From the NCBI GenBank assembly GCA_963710375.1, contig CAVPZX010000002.1, positions 896,001 through 960,000 on the forward strand: a stretch of DNA of 64,000 nt, in the 5' to 3' direction. Below are positions 36,023-46,120 of the stretch, one piece after another. Both the position numbers and the translations under genes were made by a program. The notes below the pieces were generated by a model that was not told where the DNA came from, ran no database searches, and worked only from the letters and a program-made list of their open reading frames with translations. The number at the start of each line of letters is the position of its first letter. Within the stretch, counting starts at the first letter, position 1. Origin of the DNA: Nitrospirota bacterium (GTDB lineage Bacteria > Nitrospirota > Thermodesulfovibrionia > Thermodesulfovibrionales > Dissulfurispiraceae).

Positions 36023-36805
36023 ATGAAGGATGATAACAGCACGGAGCTGGTACGGGTTGACTTTCAGGAAGGGATATGTATCATACAATTCACCAGGCCG
36101 GGGAAAAAGAATGCACTAAATTCTGAAATGTATACTGCAATAATCGGGGCTCTGAGGAGTGCCGATGATGACGACAGAATACGTGTAATAGTGATTACCG
36201 GAACTCAAGACTGCTTTACTAGCGGAAACGACCTGGCCGATTTCCTGGCTTCTCCGCACGCCGGAGAAGCGCCCCCTGCAATGGTCTTTTTGACTGCGAT
36301 AAGCGAAGCGCGTAAACCTATTGTAGCAGCAGTGCAGGGAACAGCGGTAGGTGTCGGAGTTACCATGCTCCTGCATTGCGATCTTGTCTTTGCCGGTCGA
36401 AGCGCGCTTTTCCAGATGCCCTTTGTAAACCTCGGCCTCTGTCCTGAAGCTGGGTCGACTCTGCTTCTGCCGAGGATGATGGGTCACCAGCGTGCCGCAG
36501 AACTGCTCCTTTTAGGAGAACCCTTCTCTGCTGAAAAGGCCCGCGAGGTCGGTATCGTCAATTCTGTCTTTCCGGATGAGGAAGTCATCGAGATGAGCAT
36601 GGCCAAAGCGAGGCAACTCGCGAAACAGCCCCCGGCCGCGGTCCGTCTTGCCAAGTCCCTGCTAAAGCGCGGATACGCTGCTTCATTGCGGGAGACTATA
36701 GCCTATGAGGGAAAGCACTTCATGGACCTTCTGAAGTCGCCGGAAGCCAGGGAGGCTTTGCAGGCATTCATGGAACGGCGGAAACCTGATTCTTCAAAGC
36801 ATTAG
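36023..36805 (+). CDS. Enoyl-CoA hydratase/isomerase
   Basis: RP.KKNAL, FTSGNDL, GVGVT.LLHCD and PFV.LGLCPEAGS. Confidence 0.92.
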   Translation: MKDDNSTELVRVDFQEGICIIQFTRPGKKNALNSEMYTAIIGALRSADDDDRIRVIVITGTQDCFTSGNDLADFLASPHAGEAPPAMVFLTAISEARKPIVAAVQGTAVGVGVTMLLHCDLVFAGRSALFQMPFVNLGLCPEAGSTLLLPRMMGHQRAAELLLLGEPFSAEKAREVGIVNSVFPDEEVIEMSMAKARQLAKQPPAAVRLAKSLLKRGYAASLRETIAYEGKHFMDLLKSPEAREALQAFMERRKPDSSKH

Positions 36806-37197
36806 GTCGGCAGGTGGTAATATTCCACGATCTTTTTTTTGTATTCAGTTATATCTCTTTCAAGCGACTGTAATTGCCCGATCCGCTTTTTTATTTTATC
36901 TATATGTGAGTTGAGCAGTTCTATAAGGCGCGGCATGATCTTTTCCGGGAGCTGTTCCCTGTTATAGATGTCAGCCAGCTCTTTGATCTCCTGTAGCGAG
37001 AGTCCGAGGGCCTTGACCTTGAGAACCATCTTGAACCGCCTGATATCGGCTTGCTCATATAGCCTGATGCCTCCCTCTGTCCTTTTCGGCGGATTAACCA
37101 ATCCCATCTGCTCATAAAGACGGATTGTCCTAGTAGTAATACGCAACATCTTGGCCAGATCGCTGATCTGGATGCAGTCATCACAATTTAATCTCAT
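36802..37197 (-). CDS. MerR family transcriptional regulator (LiuR-like)
   Basis: ISDLAK.L.ITTRTIRLYE..GL..P.RTEGG.RLY...LGLSLQEIKEL plus coiled coil. Confidence 0.9.
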   Translation of the reverse strand: MRLNCDDCIQISDLAKMLRITTRTIRLYEQMGLVNPPKRTEGGIRLYEQADIRRFKMVLKVKALGLSLQEIKELADIYNREQLPEKIMPRLIELLNSHIDKIKKRIGQLQSLERDITEYKKKIVEYYHLPT

Positions 37198-37199
37198 AG

Positions 37200-37243
37200 T
37201 TTACCTTTACGTTAATTATAACGCTATTGAATAAAATTTGCAA
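37200..37243 (-). promoter_or_regulatory. merR promoter and autoregulatory operator
   Basis: Minus TTGCAA-17-TATAAT (37243-37215); operator TTTACCTTTACGTTAA at 37200-37215. Confidence 0.7.
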
Positions 37244-37301
37244 AAGTATTGTCACGGAAATTCCGGACATGTTAATCTCACTCATAATAAGAACTTTCTA
37301 C

Positions 37302-37330
37302 TTGACATTTACGTTAACTAGAAGTACACT
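37302..37330 (+). promoter_or_regulatory. fadF-etfBA promoter with LiuR-like operator
   Basis: TTGACA-17-TACACT; TTGACATTTACGTTAA overlaps -35. Confidence 0.75.
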
Positions 37331-37363
37331 ATTATAATACTTTTTTCGAGCAGAGGTGTCAAC

Positions 37364-39349
37364 ATGGAAAGTACTCGGGAAATATATTGGAACGTTGGAC
37401 ATGGAGTCGTTTTGCCCATGTATTTCTTCGCTCTTGTCGCTATGGCTGTCTGTGTCTATGGTTTTTACCAGCGGATCCCAACTTATCAGCAGGGAAAGAA
37501 GCTTGACCGGCTCGACAGCCTTTCGAAACGCATTCTCCTCCTGATAAAAAATATGTTTGCACAGACGAGGGTATTGCGCGTTATCGGTCCAGGGATTCTT
37601 CATGCGCTTTTTTTCTGGGGCTTCGGCCTGCTCTTCATCGGGACCCTCCTGGTTATGGCTCAGGCCGACTTCACTCAACTGCTGTTCGGTACCGTTTTCC
37701 TCAAGGGAACCTTTTATAAACTGTTTAAGCTGGTGCTCAATTTTGCAGGAATAGCCGCAGTGATCATGCTCGGCTGCTTAATGGTCCGACGTTTTTTCCT
37801 CAAACCCCGGGGATTGGAAACAATCCGCGATGATTATCTGGCCCATTCGCTCCTCTTCGCTATCCTGGTCACAGGGTTTTTCATCGAAGGGGTCAGGATG
37901 GCAGCTACGGAGATCACGGCAAATCCCCAGCTTGCCCTTTTTTCTCCTGGCGGCAGGATAGTGGGACAACTCTTTGTCGGGATGCCTAATGCCGAGCTGT
38001 ACTCGATTCACAGAATCCTATGGTGGGTCCACTTTTTCCTTGCCATGACTTTCATCGCAGTAATTCCTTTCACTAAACTGCGCCATATTTTCACCACCTC
38101 GACCAACTACCTCTTTACCGACCTGCGGCCCAAGGGGAGCATCCAAACTATCAACATGGAAGACGAGAGCGCTGAGCAGTTCGGCGCGGCACATATCACT
38201 GACCTTACCTGGAAAGATATTTTCGACGCCGATGCCTGTACTTCATGCAAGCGCTGCCAGGACCGCTGTCCGGCCTATGCCACCGATAAGCCCTTATCGC
38301 CTATGAAAGTGGTAAAACAGATCGGTGAGATTGCATTTGATAAGCCCTCAGCAGGCTTGATCGAAACTGTTGGCGAAGATGTGCTCTGGGCATGCACCAC
38401 CTGCCGGGCCTGCCAGGAGATATGCCCGGCAAATATCGAGCATGTAAATAAGATTATCGAAATGCGCAGGAATCTTTCCCTTATGGAAAGCGCCTTCCCA
38501 GGGGAGGAGGTCCGCGTTGCAGTGAACAATACCGAGGTAAACGGCAATCCGTTCGGCCTGGCCTTCGCTTCCCGCGGGGAATGGGCCGAAGGACTAGATC
38601 TGAAGATCATGGAGAAGGACAGCGATGTTGACATCCTTTATTTCGTAGGCTGTTACGCTTCATTTGACAAGCGTAACAGGGAGGTAGCCCGGAGTTTCGT
38701 GAAGATCTGCAATGCTGCCGGTATCAGCCTCGGCATCTTAGGCAAAGAGGAGAAGTGCTGCGGCGAGCCGGTGCGGAAACTGGGAAACGAATATATATAC
38801 CAGATGGTGGCCGCTGAAAATATCGAATCCATCAAGCGCTACGGCGTCAAGAAGATCGTCACAACCTGCCCGCACTGCTTCAATACCCTGGGACGTGATT
38901 ATAAGGACCTCGGACTCGAAATCGATGTAGAGCACTATAGCACCTTCATTAAAGGTCTGATAGACGATAAAAAGCTTGATTTGACGCCCGAAGGGTTCGA
39001 CTTCACCTACCATGACTCGTGTTACATTGGACGTTACAAGGATATCTTTGACGGGCCTCGCGCAGTCCTGATAAAAGCAGGAGGCCGGCTTGTGGAAATG
39101 GATAAATCAGGATATGAAAGCTTTTGCTGCGGCGCAGGAGGCGGCAGGATTCTGGCTGAGGAGAAGCTCGGGGCGAGGATCAACGTCGAACGTGTAAAGA
39201 TGGCCGCGGCTACCGGCGCTCCGCTCCTGGTCTCGAACTGTCCGTTCTGCCTCACGATGTTCGAGGACGGGATCAAGACCGGTGACTGCGAAGGCATACT
39301 GAAGGCTATAGACCTTGCAGAGATCGTTGCGAAACGGATAAACTCTTAA
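37364..39349 (+). CDS. fadF: Membrane Fe-S oxidoreductase (NarI-like TM + 2x4Fe-4S + CCG), ETF:quinone oxidoreductase type
   Basis: TM domain with His residues; CTSCKRCQDRCP, CTTCRACQEICP, EKCCG and FCCGAGGG; adjacent to etfBA. Confidence 0.88.
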   Translation: MESTREIYWNVGHGVVLPMYFFALVAMAVCVYGFYQRIPTYQQGKKLDRLDSLSKRILLLIKNMFAQTRVLRVIGPGILHALFFWGFGLLFIGTLLVMAQADFTQLLFGTVFLKGTFYKLFKLVLNFAGIAAVIMLGCLMVRRFFLKPRGLETIRDDYLAHSLLFAILVTGFFIEGVRMAATEITANPQLALFSPGGRIVGQLFVGMPNAELYSIHRILWWVHFFLAMTFIAVIPFTKLRHIFTTSTNYLFTDLRPKGSIQTINMEDESAEQFGAAHITDLTWKDIFDADACTSCKRCQDRCPAYATDKPLSPMKVVKQIGEIAFDKPSAGLIETVGEDVLWACTTCRACQEICPANIEHVNKIIEMRRNLSLMESAFPGEEVRVAVNNTEVNGNPFGLAFASRGEWAEGLDLKIMEKDSDVDILYFVGCYASFDKRNREVARSFVKICNAAGISLGILGKEEKCCGEPVRKLGNEYIYQMVAAENIESIKRYGVKKIVTTCPHCFNTLGRDYKDLGLEIDVEHYSTFIKGLIDDKKLDLTPEGFDFTYHDSCYIGRYKDIFDGPRAVLIKAGGRLVEMDKSGYESFCCGAGGGRILAEEKLGARINVERVKMAAATGAPLLVSNCPFCLTMFEDGIKTGDCEGILKAIDLAEIVAKRINS

Positions 39350-39381
39350 CTGCATAAATTTTCAGATTTGAAGGGGGTTGT

Positions 39382-40158
39382 ATGAAAGTTCTTGTTTGCA
39401 TCAAACAGGTCCCGGATATGGAGTCCAGGTTCAAGGTAAACGGAGCAGGGATCTGGTATGACGAGATTGACCTCGCTTTCCGTATGAATGAGTACGATGA
39501 ATATGCCGTTGAACAGGCGGTGCAGCTCAAGGAGCAACTCGGAGGTCAGCCGGATATTACAGTACTCTCTATCGGTCCGGGGCGCGTTGTGGAGGCGATC
39601 AAAAAAGCGCTTGCTATGGGGTGCGATCGCGGAGTGCACATCCTGGATAATGATTACTTTCAGAAAGACCCGTGGCAGATCGCCTCGATAATCTCCGGTT
39701 ACGCGAAGAATAATAATTTTGACCTTATTTTCACCGGGCTGCAGTCCCAGGACCGCGGTTCTGCTCAGGTCGGTGTGATTGTAGCGGAGTTCCTCGGGTA
39801 CTCCTGCGTAACTACGCTCGTCGGCTTTGCCTTCAGTGATGGAGTAATCACCGCTAAGAGGGAACTCGAAGGCGGCCGGAAATCGGTCGTCAAATTGCGT
39901 CTTCCCGCAGTAGTCACTTGTCAGCTCGGCCTCAATACACCGCGATATCCCACTCTCCCCAATATTATGAAGGCCAAAAAAAAGGAGCTCATCTCATACC
40001 CGGTCTCGGATTATCTCAAAGAAGCGGCAGCCTCGGCCACCGAAAAGTTCTATCTTCCGGAGAAGAAAGGACATGGTCTGCTGCTTGAAGGGGAAGTGAA
40101 CGAGATGGCTGACAAGCTTATCGGCATTCTGAAGGAAAAAACCACGGTTATAAGATAG
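39382..40158 (+). CDS. etfB: Electron transfer flavoprotein beta subunit
   Basis: VCIKQVPD, NEYDEYAVE.A, ALAMG.D and PRYPTL..IMKAKKK. Confidence 0.96.
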   Translation: MKVLVCIKQVPDMESRFKVNGAGIWYDEIDLAFRMNEYDEYAVEQAVQLKEQLGGQPDITVLSIGPGRVVEAIKKALAMGCDRGVHILDNDYFQKDPWQIASIISGYAKNNNFDLIFTGLQSQDRGSAQVGVIVAEFLGYSCVTTLVGFAFSDGVITAKRELEGGRKSVVKLRLPAVVTCQLGLNTPRYPTLPNIMKAKKKELISYPVSDYLKEAAASATEKFYLPEKKGHGLLLEGEVNEMADKLIGILKEKTTVIR

Positions 40159-40167
40159 GAGGCTCAA

Positions 40168-41085
40168 TTGAAAGCATTACTAGTGTCTGAATACAGGGAA
40201 GGGAAGCTGCTCGATTCGAGTTATGAATTGCAGGCGTTTGCGGACAGACTCGGTGCTGAAAAGGTTGTGGTCATGGTTGGAAACGATACGGCCGTTCCTC
40301 AATTCGAAGGCAAAGTTTATCTGGCAGATGCAGCGAAATACGGAGAATACAACCCGGATTTGCATAAGCTTATAGTAGTGGAAACCGCTAAGCGCGAAGA
40401 CCCCGATGTCATCGTTTTCCTCCACTCCTCCTACGGTTGGGACCTTGCGCCGCATGTTGCTTCTGCTCTAAAAATGGCGCAGGTATCCGAGGTGGTCGCA
40501 ATTGCAGACGGCAAATATGAAGTGACGTGCTGCAACGGTAAAATGCGCAGAACAGTTGTGCCGCAAACGGCGAAGGCTGTCATAACGATCCAGGCCGGCG
40601 CCTTCAGTCCTGTTGGAAGCCCTCAGGGATCGCCTAAGGTTGAAAGAATTGACCTGGCCGGACCAGTTTCGTCCCTGGAGTTCCTGGGCTATGAGGCAGC
40701 TGAAGAAAAAGGAGTCGATCTGACCAAGGCAGAGGTAATAGTCAGCGCGGGCAGAGGGATAGGCAAGAAGGATAATGTTGCGATCATTCAGGCTCTGGCC
40801 GAAGCACTCGGGGGAGAACTCGGGGCGAGCAGGCCGGTTGTTGATTCGGGCTGGATCGAGCACAGTCATCAGGTCGGCACGACCGGACAGACCGTTTCTC
40901 CTAAGCTCTATGTCGCATGCGGTATCTCAGGCGCTATTCAGCATCTGGCAGGTATGAAGAAATCTGAGTTCGTCGTTGCGATCAATAAAGACAAGGACGC
41001 GCCTATCCGCGACGTGGCTGATGTCCTGGTGGTGGCTGATGTCCTGCAGTTCGTTCCAGCTCTTATTTCTAAACTGCACAAATGA
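40168..41085 (+). CDS. etfA: Electron transfer flavoprotein alpha subunit
   Basis: VS.GRG, GASRPVVD, QVGTTG.TV.P and GISGAIQH. Confidence 0.96.
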   Translation: MKALLVSEYREGKLLDSSYELQAFADRLGAEKVVVMVGNDTAVPQFEGKVYLADAAKYGEYNPDLHKLIVVETAKREDPDVIVFLHSSYGWDLAPHVASALKMAQVSEVVAIADGKYEVTCCNGKMRRTVVPQTAKAVITIQAGAFSPVGSPQGSPKVERIDLAGPVSSLEFLGYEAAEEKGVDLTKAEVIVSAGRGIGKKDNVAIIQALAEALGGELGASRPVVDSGWIEHSHQVGTTGQTVSPKLYVACGISGAIQHLAGMKKSEFVVAINKDKDAPIRDVADVLVVADVLQFVPALISKLHK

Positions 41086-41114
41086 AGAATGCCCACCCGG
41101 GAGTTTTAAGCTAA

Positions 41115-41861
41115 TCAGGCGCCGACACCTCCGTCTACGTTTAGGGTCGCGCCTGTGATGTAGGACGCCTCAGGACTCGCGAGAAAGGCAACAGCCGCAG
41201 CAACCTCCTCGGGTTGACCATAGCGGCCAAGAGCTGTGCTCGCCTTTTGGACCGCGGCAAATTTACCATCAGCCGGGTTCATATCGGTGTCGATAGGGCC
41301 GGCCTGTATGACATTGACTGTAATACCCTTCGGTCCGAGATCCCAGGCCCACCCTCTTGTGTATCCCGCGATGGCGGCCTTAGTTGCCGAATAATCGCTA
41401 ATGCCCCGCATCGAAGAGCGGCTCCCTGTGATGGAGCCGATTGAAATTATCCTGCCTCCTTCGTTCATGATCGTAGATGCTATGCGTACGGCAGCAGCCA
41501 CGCCACCGACATTTATCGCGAATTGCCGTTCAAGCTCCGCCCGGTCTAAGGCTGGGTTGCCGACAAGGCCTTTGATAAAGACGCCGGCACTGTTAACGAG
41601 AATATCGAGACGACCGAAACGTGCAACTACGGCCTTCACTAAACCCTCTACTTGAGCAGGATCGGCCTGATCAGCCTTGAATGCTGCTGCCTGAATGCCC
41701 TGGCTTTCCAGCTCACGTACTACAGCCTCTGCCTTTTCGGCTGATGTGACATAGCTGATGGCAACGTGCGCGCCATCTCGGGCAAGACGTTTTGCAATCG
41801 CCGCGCCTATGCCGCGCGAACCACCGGTTACGAGTGCTACCTTGTCTTTCAAAACTGCCAT
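41115..41861 (-). CDS. Short-chain dehydrogenase/reductase
   Basis: TGGSRGIG, NSAG, YSATK and GPIDTDMNP; ATG 41861 after GAGGAGG. Confidence 0.92.
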   Translation of the reverse strand: MAVLKDKVALVTGGSRGIGAAIAKRLARDGAHVAISYVTSAEKAEAVVRELESQGIQAAAFKADQADPAQVEGLVKAVVARFGRLDILVNSAGVFIKGLVGNPALDRAELERQFAINVGGVAAAVRIASTIMNEGGRIISIGSITGSRSSMRGISDYSATKAAIAGYTRGWAWDLGPKGITVNVIQAGPIDTDMNPADGKFAAVQKASTALGRYGQPEEVAAAVAFLASPEASYITGATLNVDGGVGA

Positions 41862-41904
41862 TTTAGCCTCCTCAGGCATTCCTATTGATGCCATGTGAAT
41901 TAAT

Positions 41905-42459
41905 TCATCTGTCTAAACCACCGATAATGTCAGTTGGATGAATCATTTTATCCAAAAGATCCAAAAGGCCCTTGAGCAAGGCAGTAGGAGTCGGAGGGCA
42001 GCCAGGTATATAGCAGTCAACAGGGATTACGCCGGCGACTCCGTTTGTAACTGCATAACTGCCTTTATAGATTCCTCCGTCGATCGTGCAATCGCCGCAT
42101 GCAACAACAAGTCTCGGCGCCGGTGTGGCAATATACGTCTTTTTAAGCGCAAATTCCATCTGCCTCGAAACAGGGCCTGTAACGAGCAGGAGGTCGGCAT
42201 GCCTCGGTGATGCCACGAAATCAATACCAAATCTCTGAATATCATAAACAGGGTTGATAAGCGCTGTGCACTCCCATTCGCAGGCATTGCACGAGCCTGC
42301 ATCCACCTGCCTGATCCTTAAAGACCTTTCAAATACACTGTCAATCTTTTCCTTGAGCAACACAATTTGTGCAGCTTCTTCAGAAGAAACCGTGAACCCT
42401 TCCGGAAAGGGTACCACGCCTTTCCTGGCTGTAATATTTTTCAATATTTCTCTAATCAC
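41905..42459 (-). CDS. Ehr small subunit (NuoB/HyfI-like)
   Basis: DAGSCNACE, ASPRHAD.LLVTGPV, GDC and IPGCPP. Confidence 0.9.
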   Translation of the reverse strand: MIREILKNITARKGVVPFPEGFTVSSEEAAQIVLLKEKIDSVFERSLRIRQVDAGSCNACEWECTALINPVYDIQRFGIDFVASPRHADLLLVTGPVSRQMEFALKKTYIATPAPRLVVACGDCTIDGGIYKGSYAVTNGVAGVIPVDCYIPGCPPTPTALLKGLLDLLDKMIHPTDIIGGLDR

Positions 42460-43991
42460 ATATCACATCCTGAATAAGATAAATTAAAGCTCTTATTGCA
42501 GAGGGGGAAATCGGGCACTATATTGCCGTGTACTGCAAACGGCACCAAAGGCCAGTTGCAATAGGACGGAGACCTTAATTTCACACGCAAGGGTTTGCCT
42601 TCACTGTCAGACTTGACCCAGTAGAACACAGAACCCCTTGGGGTCTCCGTATAGCCCAATGCGGAAGAAAAATCAGGTACATCTTTTATTAATCCGGCAG
42701 ATAGTACGCCCTCTAACTTTCTTTCGAGGAGCGCATTAATCAGCGATATCGAGCATTCCGCCTCGCCTGCCCTGACCATCATCCGCGCATAAACATCTCC
42801 CTGGGGCATTGTGCGCACCTCAAAATCAAGACTGCCATACAGCAGGTGTGGATGGGCTTTTCTTATATCGTCGTCAATTCCGGATGCCCTTGCAGCAATG
42901 CCGGTAGCGCCTAACTTCATTGCAATATCCTTTGATAATATCCCCGCGTTCTGGAGCCTTTCCACATGCGAGACCGTGCCCCGCAGCAACTTCATAAATT
43001 CCCTGTATTCGCCGGTTACGGTATCGACCGTTGAGCGGATATCATCTCGCTGCAGGAATACGTCTTTTATAACTCCGCCTATAGTGTTTATACCTCTCAG
43101 GTATCTGCTCCCTGTCAGCCTTCCATTAAGCTGCATAAGCCTTTCCTTTATGACAGCCCCCTTCGCATATCCCACTGCCAGGCCTGTGCCGGCACACATA
43201 TTCCCGATATCGCCTATGTGGTTATAGAGCCTTTCAAGCTCCAGAAGCAGGGTCCTGACCGCCTTCGCGTGTTCCGGCAATTCAATTCCGGACATTCTCT
43301 CGACAGCCATGCAATAAGCGGATGAATGAGAAAAAGAAGATGTCCCCGAAACCCTTTCCGCAAGCTTTACCCCCTCGGTAAATCCGATGCGCTCAAAATG
43401 TTTCTCTGTACCTTTATGAGTATAAAACAACCTCGGCTCAAGGAAAAATATCGTCTCGCCGACTGCACTGAATCTGAAGTGGCCGGGTTCAATGATCCCT
43501 GCGTGTACAGGACCGACAGGGATTTCGTAAATCCCTTCTCCCTGGACCTTCATAAACCGGTACGGCTCTTTTATTGCGGTACCCTCTCCCCACTCCTTCA
43601 AATCGGCGTCCGAAATGTTCCAGTCCTTTCTCAATGGATGCGAGCCGGATGGGAATGCATCGTGGAATATTAGTCTGCGCAGATCAGGATGGCCTTCCGG
43701 AGCCAAACCGAACATGTCCCGTATCTCCCTTTCGTACCAGTGCACTGCCGGGACATCGGTTGTCATACTCCGGTATCCGGGGTTATCTCCCTCAAGTCTC
43801 ATGAACGGAATATGAAAAACATCCCTGCCCCGCTCAGAGAAAACCGCATATACTTTAAAGCATCCATCAGCTGCCCTGTCGTCTACGGCAAACATAAGGC
43901 GCAGAATAAAGTTGCCGCTGTTCGCGAGAGAGACGCAGCGGTCCCTGAATGCATCCTTTCCGAGTTCCAGATAAACTTCGTTTTCAGCCAT
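42456..43991 (-). CDS. Ehr large subunit (NuoC+D/HyfG-like) lacking NiFe-binding Cys motifs
   Basis: WYERE..DMFG, GPVHAGIIEPGHFRF; ERVSGTSSFSH replaces RxCGxC and KSFNLSYSG.D replaces DPCxxC. Confidence 0.9.
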   Translation of the reverse strand: MAENEVYLELGKDAFRDRCVSLANSGNFILRLMFAVDDRAADGCFKVYAVFSERGRDVFHIPFMRLEGDNPGYRSMTTDVPAVHWYEREIRDMFGLAPEGHPDLRRLIFHDAFPSGSHPLRKDWNISDADLKEWGEGTAIKEPYRFMKVQGEGIYEIPVGPVHAGIIEPGHFRFSAVGETIFFLEPRLFYTHKGTEKHFERIGFTEGVKLAERVSGTSSFSHSSAYCMAVERMSGIELPEHAKAVRTLLLELERLYNHIGDIGNMCAGTGLAVGYAKGAVIKERLMQLNGRLTGSRYLRGINTIGGVIKDVFLQRDDIRSTVDTVTGEYREFMKLLRGTVSHVERLQNAGILSKDIAMKLGATGIAARASGIDDDIRKAHPHLLYGSLDFEVRTMPQGDVYARMMVRAGEAECSISLINALLERKLEGVLSAGLIKDVPDFSSALGYTETPRGSVFYWVKSDSEGKPLRVKLRSPSYCNWPLVPFAVHGNIVPDFPLCNKSFNLSYSGCDM

Positions 43992-43996
43992 TTTCC

Positions 43997-45451
43997 TTAA
44001 ACTCCCAAAATAATTCTAACCGAACTGGCCAACATATTCCCAAGAAAGGGAGGTATATAAAGGCCGCATAGAAGCATAACAGCCGCCATTGCAACCATGA
44101 CAGCGCTGACCGGCTTTCCCTCTTTTTCGTTTTCCCCGCTTGCGGATTTGCCAAAGGCCATACTGCCGAAATGATGCAGGACCCCGCCGAAGATGATTGT
44201 AGCAAATACGAGAAAAAGCGCCAATGTAGTCCATTGGCCGGCATCAGCAGCAGCCTTGAGGATAATGAATTCGCTCAGGAATATATTGAACGGAGGCGTG
44301 CCTGCAATAGCCAGAGCGGCAAGAAGCATTATGGTCCCTGACACAGGCATCCTTGTGATTACACCTTTGACTTTTTCTATCTTTGTTGTATGATACCTGA
44401 GCCTTACCCTTCCGGTTGTAAAAAAAAGGAGTGTTTTTACAACTGCATGGTTCAGGATATGGAACAGCGAACCGTAGATGCCCCAAAAACCTCCTATCCC
44501 TATTCCTGTCGCGATGATACCTATGTGTTCGATGCTATGGTATGCGAGAAGCCTCTTGTAGTTGTCCTGCAGCAGTATAAAGGCTGTGGCAATGCCCATG
44601 GACAACAGCCCGAAAAACAGCATGAGGCCGTTCGCGTAAGAATCTCCTGTTGCCCTGTTAACTATAATGATAAACCTGATAATACCGATAAATGAGCATT
44701 TAAGAAGTATGCCTGAAAGCAGGGCGCTTATAGGCGTTGGCGCCTGGCTGTGCGCATCAGGGAGCCAGTTGTGCACAGGCGCAAGCCCGGCCTTTGCGCC
44801 GTAACCGACAAGAATAAAGATAAACGCCAACTTCATGGTTGAAGGATTCAGCTTGTTCGCCATGTCCCTCAGTTCCGTCCAGTTCAGCGTGCCGCTTCCT
44901 CCCATCACTGATGTGGAGGCATAATAAGTGATGAAGATGCCGAGGAGCGCAAAGGTTATACCGACAGTGCAGAGGATAATATATTTCCACGCAGCTTCTA
45001 TTGACTGGGTATTTTTATAAAGGCCTACCAGAAGCGCGGACACAAGAGTCGTCCCTTCAATAGCTATCCAGAACACCGCAAGGTTGTTCGAGACTGTTGT
45101 AAGAAGCATCGTAAATATAAACAAATGCATCAGGGCATAGTAATGCCTCAGGTCTTTCAGCTTTATTATTCCCTGTTCAAACTCCTGTCCCATGTAATCC
45201 ATGGAATATATAGCTGTAACAAGTGAAATAACGACTACTATTGCCATAATATATGAAGAAAGAGCGTCCATATAAAGCAGGCCGCCAAGAGAATAACGGG
45301 GTGAACTGAGCGATGCGCTTATCGGGGCAATCGATGCAAAGGTCAGAAGCACTGCTCCAAGCAAGTTTACATATTCGATAGCTTTTCTATTCCGTAACGA
45401 ATAGCATAAGATGGCTGTAAAAAGCGGAATGAGAAGCAATACCCTTATCAT
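43997..45451 (-). CDS. hyfF: Antiporter-like membrane subunit HyfF
   Basis: WIAIE.TTL, EAAWKY, GYG.K.GLAP.H.WLPDAHS.AP and KRLLAYHSIEH. Confidence 0.9.
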   Translation of the reverse strand: MIRVLLLIPLFTAILCYSLRNRKAIEYVNLLGAVLLTFASIAPISASLSSPRYSLGGLLYMDALSSYIMAIVVVISLVTAIYSMDYMGQEFEQGIIKLKDLRHYYALMHLFIFTMLLTTVSNNLAVFWIAIEGTTLVSALLVGLYKNTQSIEAAWKYIILCTVGITFALLGIFITYYASTSVMGGSGTLNWTELRDMANKLNPSTMKLAFIFILVGYGAKAGLAPVHNWLPDAHSQAPTPISALLSGILLKCSFIGIIRFIIIVNRATGDSYANGLMLFFGLLSMGIATAFILLQDNYKRLLAYHSIEHIGIIATGIGIGGFWGIYGSLFHILNHAVVKTLLFFTTGRVRLRYHTTKIEKVKGVITRMPVSGTIMLLAALAIAGTPPFNIFLSEFIILKAAADAGQWTTLALFLVFATIIFGGVLHHFGSMAFGKSASGENEKEGKPVSAVMVAMAAVMLLCGLYIPPFLGNMLASSVRIILGV

Positions 45452-45460
45452 AAAAGACCG

Positions 45461-46119
45461 TTATCCTTTCAGTATTGTTAATTTATCGAGATCTGCAGTT
45501 GCGAAGGCCCGCTTGATCTGGATAGAAAAAATCCCGAGAATTATCACACCCATGAGCATATCGAATAAAACGCCGACTCTATAATGATAGGCATGCCGAA
45601 GGTCAGGGAAAAGCCTGCCAGAAAAAGCCCGTTCTCCATGCACAACAACCCTATGACCTGGGTTATCGCTTTTTTCCTGGTTATCATGATAAACAGCCCT
45701 ATCAGTATTACGGCAATGGATATCTGGAGCACATTTTTTGAGAAGCCAATGACAAAAATACCCTCACTCAGTGACGTATAAACAACTGCCACCAGGATTC
45801 CCGAGATTGTGAGCGAAAGGGTATTGCTGATGTATGGTTCGTCATCATAGGTAATATCCATTTTCCGCACTACCTTCTTCAGCAGCATGGGTATGATTAT
45901 CCCCTTGCTTAACAGGGTAGTGACAGATGCTATGTAAAGGTGAGTTTCGCCGATCATGAATGCCACAATGGCTATCAATGAAGAAAGAAGCCATGAATTC
46001 AGGATATAGGCCCGCAAATAAGATTCAAGCCTCCTGAAGGCATTCATGGCGATCGCGGTCAGCAGTATGCCCACTGAGATGAAATCGATAATTGAAAAAA
46101 CCTGAATCCAGTTTTTCAT
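45461..46119 (-). pseudogene. hyfE: HyfE membrane subunit with a 1-nt deletion frameshift near 45577
   Basis: The frame giving ...MENGLFL...FGMPIIIE continues in another frame as GVLFDMLMGVIILGIF...DLDKLTILKG. Confidence 0.8.
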
Positions 46120-46120
46120 C

